Shown: positions 9,678 through 19,342 of the stretch, piece after piece
Layout: each line of letters opens with the position of its first letter
Numbering within the stretch: the stretch's first letter is position 1
From: an uncultured Bacteroidaceae bacterium
Lineage (GTDB): Bacteria > Bacteroidota > Bacteroidia > Bacteroidales > GCA-2748055
Assembly (NCBI GenBank): GCA_964479445.1
Contig: CAYZMH010000002.1
Coordinates: forward strand, 43,367-107,366
Length of the DNA: 64,000 nt
Reading direction: 5' to 3'
Program-made: the position numbers and the translations under genes
The notes under the pieces: generated by a model
Seen by the model: only the letters and a program-made list of their open reading frames with translations
Database searches by the model: none
Told to the model about the DNA's origin: nothing

Positions 9678-11081
9678 CTAAGTTAGATTTTTCACACTAC
9701 TGATTTCCATATAACTAGCGCCATGATGCGCTCCGAAGTTTCCACCTACTACAACTACACGATCACCAGGTAATATCTTCTCCTTTTGCAAAAGTTTTTT
9801 TAATGCAGGTTTAACAAAATCGTGTTTAGAATCAGAATCAGCATAATACTCAGGTAAAACGCCAAAAGATAGTGTTAGCTCCCTCATGGTACGCTCACTG
9901 TAACAGTAGGCAATGATCTCTTTTCTTCCACGATAACCGGCCATATTGCGGATTGTACGCCCCCATGTTGTATCGCATATTATCGCCTTGGCATCTAAAC
10001 TGATGGAGGCTTCCACTGCTGATTTGCTGAGAAAAGCAGAGATATCCGTAGATACAACTGCAAGATCTGTCTCATGAAAATCTTTCCGACTTGATTCAAT
10101 TTCATATGCAATTTTTGCCATGGTATGAACTGACTCCAACGGGAAATCTCCGAAAGCAGTTTCACCACTCAGCATCAATGCATCAGTCTTTCCCCAAACA
10201 GCATTCGCAATATCATTGACCTCTGCTCGTGTAGGTCGAGGTTCTTTTATCATGGAATGAAGCATTTGCGTAGCAATGATAACAGGTTTTCTTCGACTGA
10301 TACCTTTTTTGATCAAAAAATTCTGTACAGAAGGTATTCTTTCAAAAGGTATTTCGATGGCAAGATCTCCCCTTGCTACCATAATTCCATAGGCAATATC
10401 CAATATCTCGTCAATATTGTCTACCCCTTGCTGGTTTTCAATCTTTGCTATAATCTTTACATTGCTATTATTAGCATCGATGATCTCCTGAATATCCATC
10501 AAATCTCTCTTATTTCGAACAAAGGAGTGAGCAATGAAATCTATGTCGTGCTCTATGGCAAACTGAACATACAACCTGTCTTTTTCTGAAAGTGAAGGCA
10601 GGTTAAAAGCGGACTCCGGTACATTAATTGATTTTTTGTTCTTTATTACACCCTGATGGCTGGCCTTGCATACCAAATAGTCTTTGTATTTCTTAGTTAC
10701 ATGTAACTCAAGATACCCGTCATCCACAAGTATGATCTTTCCTACATCCATTTCTTCGATGAAATGATTATAGCTTACATTGAAAGCAGAATCCCCTTCT
10801 TTTTTTGAATCTGCGTTGTAAATACGAACTTCCTGATGCTTCTCAACCGCGATCGGTTGTTTTATATCTGTAGTACGTATTTCTGGCCCTTTTGTATCCA
10901 GCAATAAGGCTATTTTATTGGAAACTGCGCGCACATTTTTAACGATAGTTAAAGTTTCTTCCGGGGATTGATGCGCTGTATTTAATCTGACTACATTCAT
11001 TCCGGCTTCAAATAGAGAACGGATAAAATCCACTTCACAATTCAGATCGGAGATAGTAGCAACAATTTTAGTCTTTTTCAT
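9678..11081 (-). CDS. pyk: pyruvate kinase
   Basis: MKKTKIVATI..., NVVRLNTAH, LLDTKGPEIRT and MVARGDL..EIP motifs. I prefer the ATG at 11081 because the track's TTG at 11102 lies inside a candidate -7 promoter box. Confidence 0.9.
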   Translation of the reverse strand: MKKTKIVATISDLNCEVDFIRSLFEAGMNVVRLNTAHQSPEETLTIVKNVRAVSNKIALLLDTKGPEIRTTDIKQPIAVEKHQEVRIYNADSKKEGDSAFNVSYNHFIEEMDVGKIILVDDGYLELHVTKKYKDYLVCKASHQGVIKNKKSINVPESAFNLPSLSEKDRLYVQFAIEHDIDFIAHSFVRNKRDLMDIQEIIDANNSNVKIIAKIENQQGVDNIDEILDIAYGIMVARGDLAIEIPFERIPSVQNFLIKKGISRRKPVIIATQMLHSMIKEPRPTRAEVNDIANAVWGKTDALMLSGETAFGDFPLESVHTMAKIAYEIESSRKDFHETDLAVVSTDISAFLSKSAVEASISLDAKAIICDTTWGRTIRNMAGYRGRKEIIAYCYSERTMRELTLSFGVLPEYYADSDSKHDFVKPALKKLLQKEKILPGDRVVVVGGNFGAHHGASYMEISSVKNLT

Positions 11082-11099
11082 AACTTTTTTTTTACATCG

Positions 11100-11107
11100 C
11101 AAAAGTA
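11100..11107 (-). promoter_or_regulatory. candidate Bacteroidota -7 promoter box (TACTTTTG on the minus strand)
   Basis: Exact match to TAnnTTTG, 19 nt upstream of the pyk ATG at 11081. Confidence 0.45.
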
Positions 11108-11220
11108 GCCATAGCTTGTTAGTAAGGGAAATAAATTTAAGTTAATTATTTAATAACTCTTTGATCAACTAGTACCATCAAAAAAGAATGTGTAATTTCA
11201 ACTACTTAGAATCTTTCATT

Positions 11221-12135
11221 ATGGAAAGCATACAATGGGAAGATGAAATAAAAGATTTCTCGCACTTTTTGAAGCTCGAGAAGGGGTTAAGCGAGCATAC
11301 TATTAATGCATACATATCTGATTTGTATAAATTGTCGAACTATTTTACATATCATGATATGGTGGTTTCACCAGGAGATGTTACTTCAGATCAGTTGCAG
11401 CAATTCATTCAATGGATTAATGATCTTGGATTAAGTGCCCGCTCCCAGGCAAGGATTGTATCAGGAATAAAAAATTTCTTCCGCTATATGGCTTTAGAGG
11501 AGGTAATAGATAAAAACCCTGCTGTTCTGATTAAATCACCCCGAATAAAGAGGGAACTTCCCGAAGTGCTTTCGGTAGAGGAAATAGATCTGATCCTATC
11601 ATCGATTGATCTTAGCTATCCTGAAGGTCGCCGAAACAAAGCAATGTTGGAAATACTTTATTCATGTGGATTGAGAGTAAGTGAACTGATCAATCTTCGT
11701 CTTTCCCATATTGATAAATCAAAAGGATTTATCAGGATAATAGGGAAAGGGGATAAAGAGAGGTTGGTACCAATTAGTAAAAAGGCACTGCAGGAGATCG
11801 ACTTTTACTTACCCGATCGTAATGCACTTCCAATTGATACAACCAACAAAGATATTGTATTTCTTAACAACAGGGGAAGGCAGCTTTCACGAGTAATGGT
11901 GTATACTATTGTCAAACAATTGGCGCAACGAGTGAGTCTTAAAAAGAAAATCAGTCCGCATACATTTCGACATTCATTTGCTACTCACCTTATAGAAGGG
12001 GGAGCTGATCTTAGAGCTGTTCAGGAGATGCTCGGTCATGAATCCATAATGACCACCGAAATATATACCCACCTTGATCGTGATTATTTAAGAGAAGCTA
12101 TCATTAGTTATCATCCGCGCTCCGGAAAAAGCTAA
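11221..12135 (+). CDS. xerD: site-specific tyrosine recombinase XerD/XerC family
   Basis: SAM-like N-terminal domain (FL..E.GLSEHTINAY) and a catalytic region with R...HTFRHSFATHL...LGHESIMTTEIYTH. Start taken at the second Met (MESIQWEDE). No flanking repeats or phage genes. Confidence 0.8.
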   Translation: MESIQWEDEIKDFSHFLKLEKGLSEHTINAYISDLYKLSNYFTYHDMVVSPGDVTSDQLQQFIQWINDLGLSARSQARIVSGIKNFFRYMALEEVIDKNPAVLIKSPRIKRELPEVLSVEEIDLILSSIDLSYPEGRRNKAMLEILYSCGLRVSELINLRLSHIDKSKGFIRIIGKGDKERLVPISKKALQEIDFYLPDRNALPIDTTNKDIVFLNNRGRQLSRVMVYTIVKQLAQRVSLKKKISPHTFRHSFATHLIEGGADLRAVQEMLGHESIMTTEIYTHLDRDYLREAIISYHPRSGKS

Positions 12136-12269
12136 TTCCGGTCCTCCTTCCCCCTTTTTTATAGTAGATAATCATTACCTGTTGATTAACTGCGTGTTAA
12201 TAAAGAACCTCCCCTTGAATTCTCGCAACAATTTAACTCTATTTAGAATAGATTTTACAAATTTTTGAG

Positions 12270-12277
12270 TACCTTTG
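12270..12277 (+). promoter_or_regulatory. candidate -7 promoter box TACCTTTG for ppdK
   Basis: Exact TAnnTTTG match; the box ends 60 nt upstream of the ppdK ATG (12338). Confidence 0.45.
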
Positions 12278-12337
12278 TATTTCATTTTTCGAAAAGACGA
12301 TAAACTGTTCATTATTAACACTTAAAAGTTATATAAA

Positions 12338-15064
12338 ATGTCTAAAGTTAAGCGAGTCTACACCTTTGGAGATAAGAAGGCTGAAGGAAGAACTGACATG
12401 AAAAACCTGCTGGGTGGTAAGGGAGCCAACCTGGCTGAGATGAATTTGATTGGTGTTCCAGTTCCTCCGGGATTTACTATTACAACCGATGTGTGTACAG
12501 AATACAATTCGGTAGGTAGTGAAAAAACAATCGAACTTATCAAAGAGGAAGTTGAGGCTGCCGTAAAGAATATCGAGGATATTATGGGAACCAAATTTGG
12601 CAGCAATGAGGATCCCTGCCTAGTTTCGGTGCGTTCAGGAGCAAGAGTGTCGATGCCAGGTATGATGGATACAGTATTAAATCTCGGAATGAATGAGGAT
12701 GCTGTTAAAGGATTGATTAACAAAACTGGAAATGAACGGTTTGCCTGGGATAGTTACCGTCGCTTCATACAAATGTATGGAGATGTAGTTTTAGGAATGA
12801 AACCCGCTTCCAAGCAAGATGTCGATCCGTTTGAAGAGATTATTGAAGAAGTAAAAGAGAATAAAGGCGTTGAACTTGATATTGAACTTACAGTTGATGA
12901 CCTGAAAGAATTAGTCGATCGCTTTAAGAAAGTGGTTAAAGAGCGAACAGGAAGTGCATTCCCGACTGATCCTTGGGAGCAGCTGTGGGGATCGATCATG
13001 GCCGTATTTGATAGCTGGAACACAGAGCGCGCAATTTATTATCGTGCTATGCACCAAATTCCCGAGGAATGGGGTACTGCTGTAAATGTTCAGGCTATGG
13101 TGTACGGTAATATGGGTGACAGCTCAGGAACAGGAGTAGCATTTACCAGAGATGCTGCTACAGGAGAGAACATCTTTAATGGAGAGTATCTTATCAATGC
13201 TCAGGGTGAAGATGTAGTTGCTGGTACTCGTACGCCTCAACAGATCACGAAAGAAGGTTCATTTCGTTGGGCCAAACTTGCACAGGTCGATGAAGAAGAC
13301 AGGGCGAAAAACTATCCATCTCTGGAAGAGATCATGCCAGATGTTTACAAAGAACTCTTTGATGTTCAGAAACGATTAGAGGAGCACTACGGTGATATGC
13401 AGGACCTTGAGTTCACTATTCAGGAGGGTAAACTATGGCTTCTTCAGACCAGGAATGGTAAGAGAACGGGTGCCGCAATGGTGAAAATAGCAATGGATCT
13501 TCTGCGGGAAGGTAAAATCGATGAGAAAACGGCAATTCTCCGTCAGGAACCAAATAGATTGGATGAGTTGTTGCATCCAGTATTCGATAAGAAAGCTATA
13601 TCAAATGCTTCGGTTGTTGCAAAAGGACTTCCAGCTTCACCCGGTGCTGCTACCGGTCAGGTGGTTTTCTTTGCAGATGAAGCAGAAGAATGGGCTGAAA
13701 AAGGAAAAGAGGTTGTACTTGTTCGAATTGAGACTTCCCCTGAAGATCTTAAGGGCATGAACGTGGCCAATGGTATTCTTACTGCCAGGGGAGGTATGAC
13801 TTCCCATGCAGCAGTTGTCGCCCGGGGAATGGGTAAATGTTGTGTTTCTGGAGCAGGAGGTGTGAAGATAAATTACCGGGAGAAAACGATGAAAGTGGAT
13901 GGAAAAGTTTTCAAAGAAGGGGATTGGATATCACTTAATGGTTCAACAGGCGAGGTATATGATGGGAAAATAGATACAATTGAACCCGAATTAAGCGGAA
14001 ACTTCGGAGAGGTTATGGATCTTACGAATAAGTTTGCAACCATGCATGTTAGAACCAATGCAGATACACCCAATGATGCTACCGTTGCTCGAAATTTCGG
14101 TGCTCAGGGTATCGGTCTTTGCCGTACCGAACATATGTTCTTTGAAGGTGATCGCATCAAAGCCATGCGTGAAATGATTCTTGCTTCAGATGAAGAAAAG
14201 AGGAGGAAGGCGCTCAATAAATTATTGCCGATTCAACGTCAGGATTTTGAAGGCATATTTGAAGCCATGCATGGACTGCCGGTTACAGTGCGTCTACTTG
14301 ACCCACCTTTACATGAATTTATGCCACATGAAGAGGAGAACCAGAAAGATATGGCGAAAGAACTGGGAATTTCACCTGAGGAAGTCAAGGCTAAAGTCGA
14401 AGACCTGGATGAATTCAATCCCATGCTGGGTCACCGGGGATGCCGCCTTGGGAATACCTATCCCGAGATTACTGAAATGCAAGCACGTGCTATTATCGAA
14501 GCTGCGCTGAATCTCAAGAAAAAGGGAGTAGAAGCCATTCCTGAGATTATGATTCCACTTATTGGCACGGCAGAAGAATTTAAAATGCAGGAAGAAATTG
14601 TTCGCAAAACTGCCGATAAAGTCTTTGCCGAGATGAATGATACCATTGAATATCATGTAGGAACAATGATTGAAATTCCGAGAGCGGCGCTTACTGCAGA
14701 TGAAGTATCGAAGCATGCAGAATTCTTCTCTTTTGGAACCAATGATCTTACGCAAATGACATTTGGTTACTCAAGAGATGATGCTGGTAGATTCTTGCCT
14801 GTTTATCTGAAAAAAGGATTGCTTAAGCATGATCCTTTCCAGGTTCTTGATCAAACAGGAGTCGGACAATTAGTTGAGATGGGAACGAAAAAAGGAAGAG
14901 CTTCCCGATCGGACCTTAAGGTTGGAATTTGTGGAGAACACGGAGGAGAACCCTCTTCTGTGGAATTCTGTAATCATGTAGGAATGAACTATGTAAGTTG
15001 TTCTCCATTCAGAGTTCCTATCGCACGACTGTCAGCTGCTCAAGCTGCTATTAAGCAGTCATAG
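12338..15064 (+). CDS. ppdK: pyruvate, phosphate dikinase
   Basis: 908 aa with the phosphohistidine motif GGMTSHAAVVARGMG, a PEP-utilising C-terminal domain (GICGEHGG) and a full-length PPDK-like N-terminus (YTFGDKKAEG...LLGGKGANLAEM). Confidence 0.95.
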   Translation: MSKVKRVYTFGDKKAEGRTDMKNLLGGKGANLAEMNLIGVPVPPGFTITTDVCTEYNSVGSEKTIELIKEEVEAAVKNIEDIMGTKFGSNEDPCLVSVRSGARVSMPGMMDTVLNLGMNEDAVKGLINKTGNERFAWDSYRRFIQMYGDVVLGMKPASKQDVDPFEEIIEEVKENKGVELDIELTVDDLKELVDRFKKVVKERTGSAFPTDPWEQLWGSIMAVFDSWNTERAIYYRAMHQIPEEWGTAVNVQAMVYGNMGDSSGTGVAFTRDAATGENIFNGEYLINAQGEDVVAGTRTPQQITKEGSFRWAKLAQVDEEDRAKNYPSLEEIMPDVYKELFDVQKRLEEHYGDMQDLEFTIQEGKLWLLQTRNGKRTGAAMVKIAMDLLREGKIDEKTAILRQEPNRLDELLHPVFDKKAISNASVVAKGLPASPGAATGQVVFFADEAEEWAEKGKEVVLVRIETSPEDLKGMNVANGILTARGGMTSHAAVVARGMGKCCVSGAGGVKINYREKTMKVDGKVFKEGDWISLNGSTGEVYDGKIDTIEPELSGNFGEVMDLTNKFATMHVRTNADTPNDATVARNFGAQGIGLCRTEHMFFEGDRIKAMREMILASDEEKRRKALNKLLPIQRQDFEGIFEAMHGLPVTVRLLDPPLHEFMPHEEENQKDMAKELGISPEEVKAKVEDLDEFNPMLGHRGCRLGNTYPEITEMQARAIIEAALNLKKKGVEAIPEIMIPLIGTAEEFKMQEEIVRKTADKVFAEMNDTIEYHVGTMIEIPRAALTADEVSKHAEFFSFGTNDLTQMTFGYSRDDAGRFLPVYLKKGLLKHDPFQVLDQTGVGQLVEMGTKKGRASRSDLKVGICGEHGGEPSSVEFCNHVGMNYVSCSPFRVPIARLSAAQAAIKQS

Positions 15065-15088
15065 GCTGTAGAACATCCCAATAAAAAA

Positions 15089-15121
15089 GGCAGTAAAGTT
15101 TGATTTACTGCCTTTTTTTTT
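15089..15121 (+). terminator. rho-independent terminator after ppdK
   Basis: Perfect 9-bp stem ggcagtaaa/tttactgcc (15089-15097 with 15104-15112), 6-nt loop, then a run of 9 T. Confidence 0.85.
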
Positions 15122-15200
15122 GACCTTTGGATGCATACCAGACCATCGTATCTTCCAATATAGATCTGGGTTATCCATGATTCTAAGTAAATAGTTTTAT

Positions 15201-16820
15201 ATGAATCCACGTATATCGCAATCAGACTTGGATGAGTTAGGTATTTATAATGCCAGAGAAATCCTTCATAATCCTACTTATGATCACCTATTTTCTGATG
15301 AACTTGATCCTGATATGAGCGGGTTTGAGAAAGGGACACTAACTGATTTTGGAGCTGTTAATGTACGAACTGGTAGATTTACAGGACGGTCACCAAAAGA
15401 TAAGTATATACTTATTGATGATACCACCAAGGATACAGTTTGGTGGAAAAGTGAGAAAGCCAAATCTTCAGATAATAAACCCATTACAAGGGAAATTTGG
15501 GACCACGGCTATAAACTTGCGGCAAAAGAGCTTTCGGGAAAAAAATTGTACGTAGTAGATTGTTTTTGCGGTGCTAATGAGAACAGCCGACTTAGGGTAC
15601 GTTTTATTATGGAGGTAGCATGGCAGGCACACTTTATTAAAAATATGTTTATCAGACCCAGCGAAAGCGAATTGGATGACTTCGAACCCGATTTTGTAGT
15701 ATTGACTGCTTCAAAAACAACGAATCCCGACTGGAAAAAACAAAACCTGAATTCAGAGGTATTTGTTTTTTTTAATCTTACTGACAGGAGAGCGGTAATA
15801 GGGGGATCATGGTATGGGGGTGAGATGAAAAAAGGCGTCTTTTCTGTAATGAATTTTTTCCTGCCTCTGGAGGGGATTGCCTCCATGCATTGCTCGGCGA
15901 ATGTGGGAAAAGAAGGAGATGTGGCAATTTTCTTTGGCTTATCGGGTACGGGAAAAACTACACTCTCCACAGATCCTAAACGGGCTCTCATTGGAGACGA
16001 TGAGCATGGATGGGATGACCATGGTGTATTTAACCTCGAGGGTGGATGTTATGCCAAAACTATCCATCTCAAAAAGGAAAGTGAGCCGGATATATATAAC
16101 GCGATTAGAAGGGATGCCTTGCTTGAAAATGTAACTGTTATGAGTGATGGATCGGTGGATTTCAATGATGATTCTATAACAGAAAATACTAGGGTATCTT
16201 ATCCGATTTATCACATAGAGAATATCGCTAAACCTGTGTCAAGAGCCGGCCATGCCAAGAAAGTTATTTTTCTCACTGCAGATGCCTTTGGTGTAATTCC
16301 TCCCGTATCAATACTATCACCAGATCAAACCCGGTACCATTTCCTTTCAGGATTTACATCTAAATTAGCAGGTACGGAGGTTGGTATTGATAAACCAGTA
16401 CCAGTGTTCTCTGCTTGTTTTGGTGCTGCTTTTTTGTTATTACATCCCACACGCTACGCTCATGAACTAGTTAAACGCATGGAAGAATCGGAAGCAAAAG
16501 CATATTTGGTTAATACAGGATGGAATGGAACAGGAAAGCGTATATCGATAAAGAATACCCGATCTATTATTGATAATATCTTAAATAACCAGGTATATAA
16601 AGTAAATACACGGGTAATACCTTACTTTAATCTTGAACTACCAATATCATTACCCGGCGTAGATGACAAAATACTTGATCCACGTAATACGTATGAGCAT
16701 GTATCTGAATGGGAACAAAGAGCCAATGAGCTAGCCAGGAAGTTTATAGAGAATTTCGAACAATTTACGGATACTGAAGAGGGTAAAAGATTGATTGCTG
16801 TAGGTCCCCAGGTTACGTAG
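15201..16820 (+). CDS. pckA: phosphoenolpyruvate carboxykinase (ATP)
   Basis: 539 aa with the kinase-1a motif [21 protein letters not shown] and NTGWNG. Confidence 0.95.
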   Translation: MNPRISQSDLDELGIYNAREILHNPTYDHLFSDELDPDMSGFEKGTLTDFGAVNVRTGRFTGRSPKDKYILIDDTTKDTVWWKSEKAKSSDNKPITREIWDHGYKLAAKELSGKKLYVVDCFCGANENSRLRVRFIMEVAWQAHFIKNMFIRPSESELDDFEPDFVVLTASKTTNPDWKKQNLNSEVFVFFNLTDRRAVIGGSWYGGEMKKGVFSVMNFFLPLEGIASMHCSANVGKEGDVAIFFGLSGTGKTTLSTDPKRALIGDDEHGWDDHGVFNLEGGCYAKTIHLKKESEPDIYNAIRRDALLENVTVMSDGSVDFNDDSITENTRVSYPIYHIENIAKPVSRAGHAKKVIFLTADAFGVIPPVSILSPDQTRYHFLSGFTSKLAGTEVGIDKPVPVFSACFGAAFLLLHPTRYAHELVKRMEESEAKAYLVNTGWNGTGKRISIKNTRSIIDNILNNQVYKVNTRVIPYFNLELPISLPGVDDKILDPRNTYEHVSEWEQRANELARKFIENFEQFTDTEEGKRLIAVGPQVT

Positions 16821-16843
16821 AAATCAGATTATAGCTACTAACC

Positions 16844-17509
16844 ATGATACCGAATTCATCAGAGTTACTGGGTGTTGTTTGGCCACTAATACTAGCCTAT
16901 TTATTAGGTTCAATTCCAACTGCCGTTTGGATTGGCCGGTGGTTCTACCATATTGACATACGGAAGTATGGTAGCAAAAATGCCGGTGCAACAAATGTAA
17001 TGAGAGTCCTGGGGATTAAAGCAGGAGTCCCGGTACTTCTGATTGACATGTTTAAAGGATGGGCAGCGGTATCATTAATGGTCTTTCAAAATTATTATAA
17101 TCAAGATAGCGAACAAGGAGTAGTTTATGCGATTTGCCTGGGTGTTTTGGCAGTAATGGGTCACATATTTCCAGTTTTCGCGGGTTTTAAGGGAGGTAAA
17201 GGTGTAGCAACAGTAACCGGTGTTTGTGCCGGGTTGGTTCCTTTAGCTACGATTACTGCTTTTATGCTATTTCTAATAGTGGTTATTCTAACCAAATACG
17301 TGTCATTAGGCTCTCTGAGTGCAGCAGTTTATTTCTCAGTTTACATATTATTAATTGTTCCGCATAGCATTATTTCCATGCGGGTTTTTTCTGTAATTGT
17401 AACTCTTTTAATTATTATAACCCACAGAAAGAATATTCACCGTTTGTGGAAAGGTGAGGAAAATAAAGCAACTTTTCTCTACAAGTCACAGAATCTCAAA
17501 TCCGATTAA
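16844..17509 (+). CDS. plsY: glycerol-3-phosphate acyltransferase PlsY
   Basis: Polytopic membrane protein with YLLGSIP...D.RKYGS.N.GATN..R.LG and GFKGGKGVAT motifs. Confidence 0.9.
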   Translation: MIPNSSELLGVVWPLILAYLLGSIPTAVWIGRWFYHIDIRKYGSKNAGATNVMRVLGIKAGVPVLLIDMFKGWAAVSLMVFQNYYNQDSEQGVVYAICLGVLAVMGHIFPVFAGFKGGKGVATVTGVCAGLVPLATITAFMLFLIVVILTKYVSLGSLSAAVYFSVYILLIVPHSIISMRVFSVIVTLLIIITHRKNIHRLWKGEENKATFLYKSQNLKSD

Positions 17510-18297
17510 ACTGTTTTTTCCCCGAATTCATCTTCCAGTTTTTGAGTAAGAGCTTTAATTCCAATGTTCTTTAGCAAAATGCCGTTTTCTGCTGTTGAAA
17601 TCTGACCTGTCTCCTCTGAAACAATGATTACGAATGAATCGGTGACCTCAGATATTCCGAGAGCGGCTCGGTGACGTAAACCATATTCCGGTGGAAGGTC
17701 TAGTTTTTCTGTTACAGGTAGGATAACTCTTGCAGCTTTTAAAGTCTCACGATCGATGATCAAGGCTCCGTCATGTAATGGGGCATTTTGATTGAATATA
17801 CTCAAAATCAAACGACTTGAAGTTATTGCGTTCAGAATGTCACCCGTTTCTGCATACATATTCATATTTGATTTTCTTCGAATTACAATCAGAGCACCTG
17901 TTTTAGTCTGAGACATTTGCATAACAGCTTTGAGTATAGATTTGACTCTTACACGCGGTTTTGATTCAAATCTGAGATTCAAAAACTTCTCGATACTGAG
18001 TCGATTGCCATCTATGTATCTTGATCCCATATAAATGAGAAAGCGCCTTATCTCTTGCTGGAAAACAATGATCAAAGCTATTACCCCCACTCCAATTACC
18101 TGCCCGATAATTGACGAAAGCAGTTCCATCTGTAAGGCCCGAACTACCCACCAAAAAACATATATGCCTGCGATTGCCAGGATTATATTAAGAGCAACCG
18201 TTCCCCTGACCAGCAGGTATAGTTGATAAAGTAGCAAAGCAACAAGAAAAATGTCAATTATGTCAAGTAATCGAATATGTATAAATAGTGGAAGCAT
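17506..18297 (-). CDS. cdaA: diadenylate cyclase (c-di-AMP synthase), CdaA type
   Basis: Three N-terminal transmembrane helices plus a DAC domain with HDGALII and RHRAALGISE...VSEETG.IS motifs. Its stop overlaps the convergent plsY stop by 4 nt. Confidence 0.85.
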   Translation of the reverse strand: MLPLFIHIRLLDIIDIFLVALLLYQLYLLVRGTVALNIILAIAGIYVFWWVVRALQMELLSSIIGQVIGVGVIALIIVFQQEIRRFLIYMGSRYIDGNRLSIEKFLNLRFESKPRVRVKSILKAVMQMSQTKTGALIVIRRKSNMNMYAETGDILNAITSSRLILSIFNQNAPLHDGALIIDRETLKAARVILPVTEKLDLPPEYGLRHRAALGISEVTDSFVIIVSEETGQISTAENGILLKNIGIKALTQKLEDEFGEKTV

Positions 18298-18341
18298 GGA
18301 AGTGCGATTCTATAACAAATGTACAAAATGCAAATAAAAGG

Positions 18342-19220
18342 TTACCATTGATATTTTTTGGTTTCCAGAAATATTTTTATTGCCTCTCGAGCTTCATTAA
18401 CGTCATGAACTCTAAGGATATTGACCCCCTTTAAAAGTAATATCATATGAAGAGCGGTTGTACCATTGAGACTATTTTTGGCAGAGGTGTTTAGTAGCTT
18501 TGAAACCATAGATTTTCGGGATATTCCGGCTAGAATAGGTAATTCAAATAGTTGAAAATCATGAAGATTGGCTAATAATTGGTAATTGTGGTCTAATGAT
18601 TTACCAAAACCAAAGCCGGGATCAATTACAATATCGTTGATCCCTTTTTTCTTGAGTATGGTTATTTTCTCTGAAAAGAAAGCTATGATTTCATCTACAA
18701 CATTCTCGTATTGAGGGCTCAATTGCATATTGCTGGGTGTCCCTTTCATATGCATAACTATGTATGGAACTTGCAGTTTGGAGATGGCATCAACCATTTC
18801 AGCATCATCTTCAAATGCAGAAATGTCATTAATAATGTTCACTTGATATTTTTCTATCATTTTGTAAGCCAGAGAAGATTTGGTAGTATCAAGTGAAATG
18901 ATTGCGTCGGGATAGGACTTCCTTACCTGTTCAATTACAGGTAATAACCGCTCTTCTTCCTCCCCGGGATCTACTCGATTGGCACCCGGTCTGGATGATT
19001 CGGCTCCAATGTCAAGAATGTCAGCTCCCTGCTCAAGTAGCTCTCCGGCTTTATCAACAGCGATCCGTGGCTCTATGTACTTTCCACCATCATAGAATGA
19101 GTCTGGAGTAACATTTATTATTCCCATAATTCTTGGTATGGATAAATCTAAGATTTTACCACCACAATTCAATGAGAGATTCGTTGAAAAAAAATTATCT
19201 TTAGATTCATTTGCTGTCAT
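18342..19220 (-). CDS. folP: dihydropteroate synthase
   Basis: Pterin-binding domain with MGIINVTPDSF.DGG, DIGAESSRPG and NDIS patterns. Lies upstream of cdaA on the same strand. Confidence 0.9.
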   Translation of the reverse strand: MTANESKDNFFSTNLSLNCGGKILDLSIPRIMGIINVTPDSFYDGGKYIEPRIAVDKAGELLEQGADILDIGAESSRPGANRVDPGEEEERLLPVIEQVRKSYPDAIISLDTTKSSLAYKMIEKYQVNIINDISAFEDDAEMVDAISKLQVPYIVMHMKGTPSNMQLSPQYENVVDEIIAFFSEKITILKKKGINDIVIDPGFGFGKSLDHNYQLLANLHDFQLFELPILAGISRKSMVSKLLNTSAKNSLNGTTALHMILLLKGVNILRVHDVNEAREAIKIFLETKKYQW

Positions 19221-19342
19221 AAGGTTTCACTAAATTCATTGTCATTTCAAATGAAAACACACAATAGCACAGCAACTGGATTGCTATGCTCAGGAGAAGC
19301 AGACAAATTAAATAAAATTATTTACATAAAGGTGTTCATTCC

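Noticed and set aside
11221-12135. The tyrosine recombinase as a possible marker of an integrated mobile element.
   Set aside because: The sequence looks like chromosomal XerD/XerC. It is flanked by core metabolic genes (pyk, ppdK). No tRNA, direct repeats, or phage or conjugation genes are visible nearby.
12122-12141. A 6-bp hairpin (ccggaa/ttccgg) spanning the xerD stop codon, considered as a terminator.
   Set aside because: The stem is short, the loop is 8 nt, and the nearest T-run (12155-12160) is 13 nt away. This is too weak to call.
12358-14755. Multiple 60-127-aa ORFs antisense to, or out of frame within, ppdK. Similar ORFs occur inside pckA (15509-15991), proS (45425-45968), the polyferredoxin gene (57274-57822) and lepB (58566-59015).
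   Set aside because: Each lies entirely within a long, confidently identified gene. Their translations are low-information (Ser/Ile/Phe-rich). They are the expected by-product of codon bias on the opposite strand. No independent start context or motif supports them.
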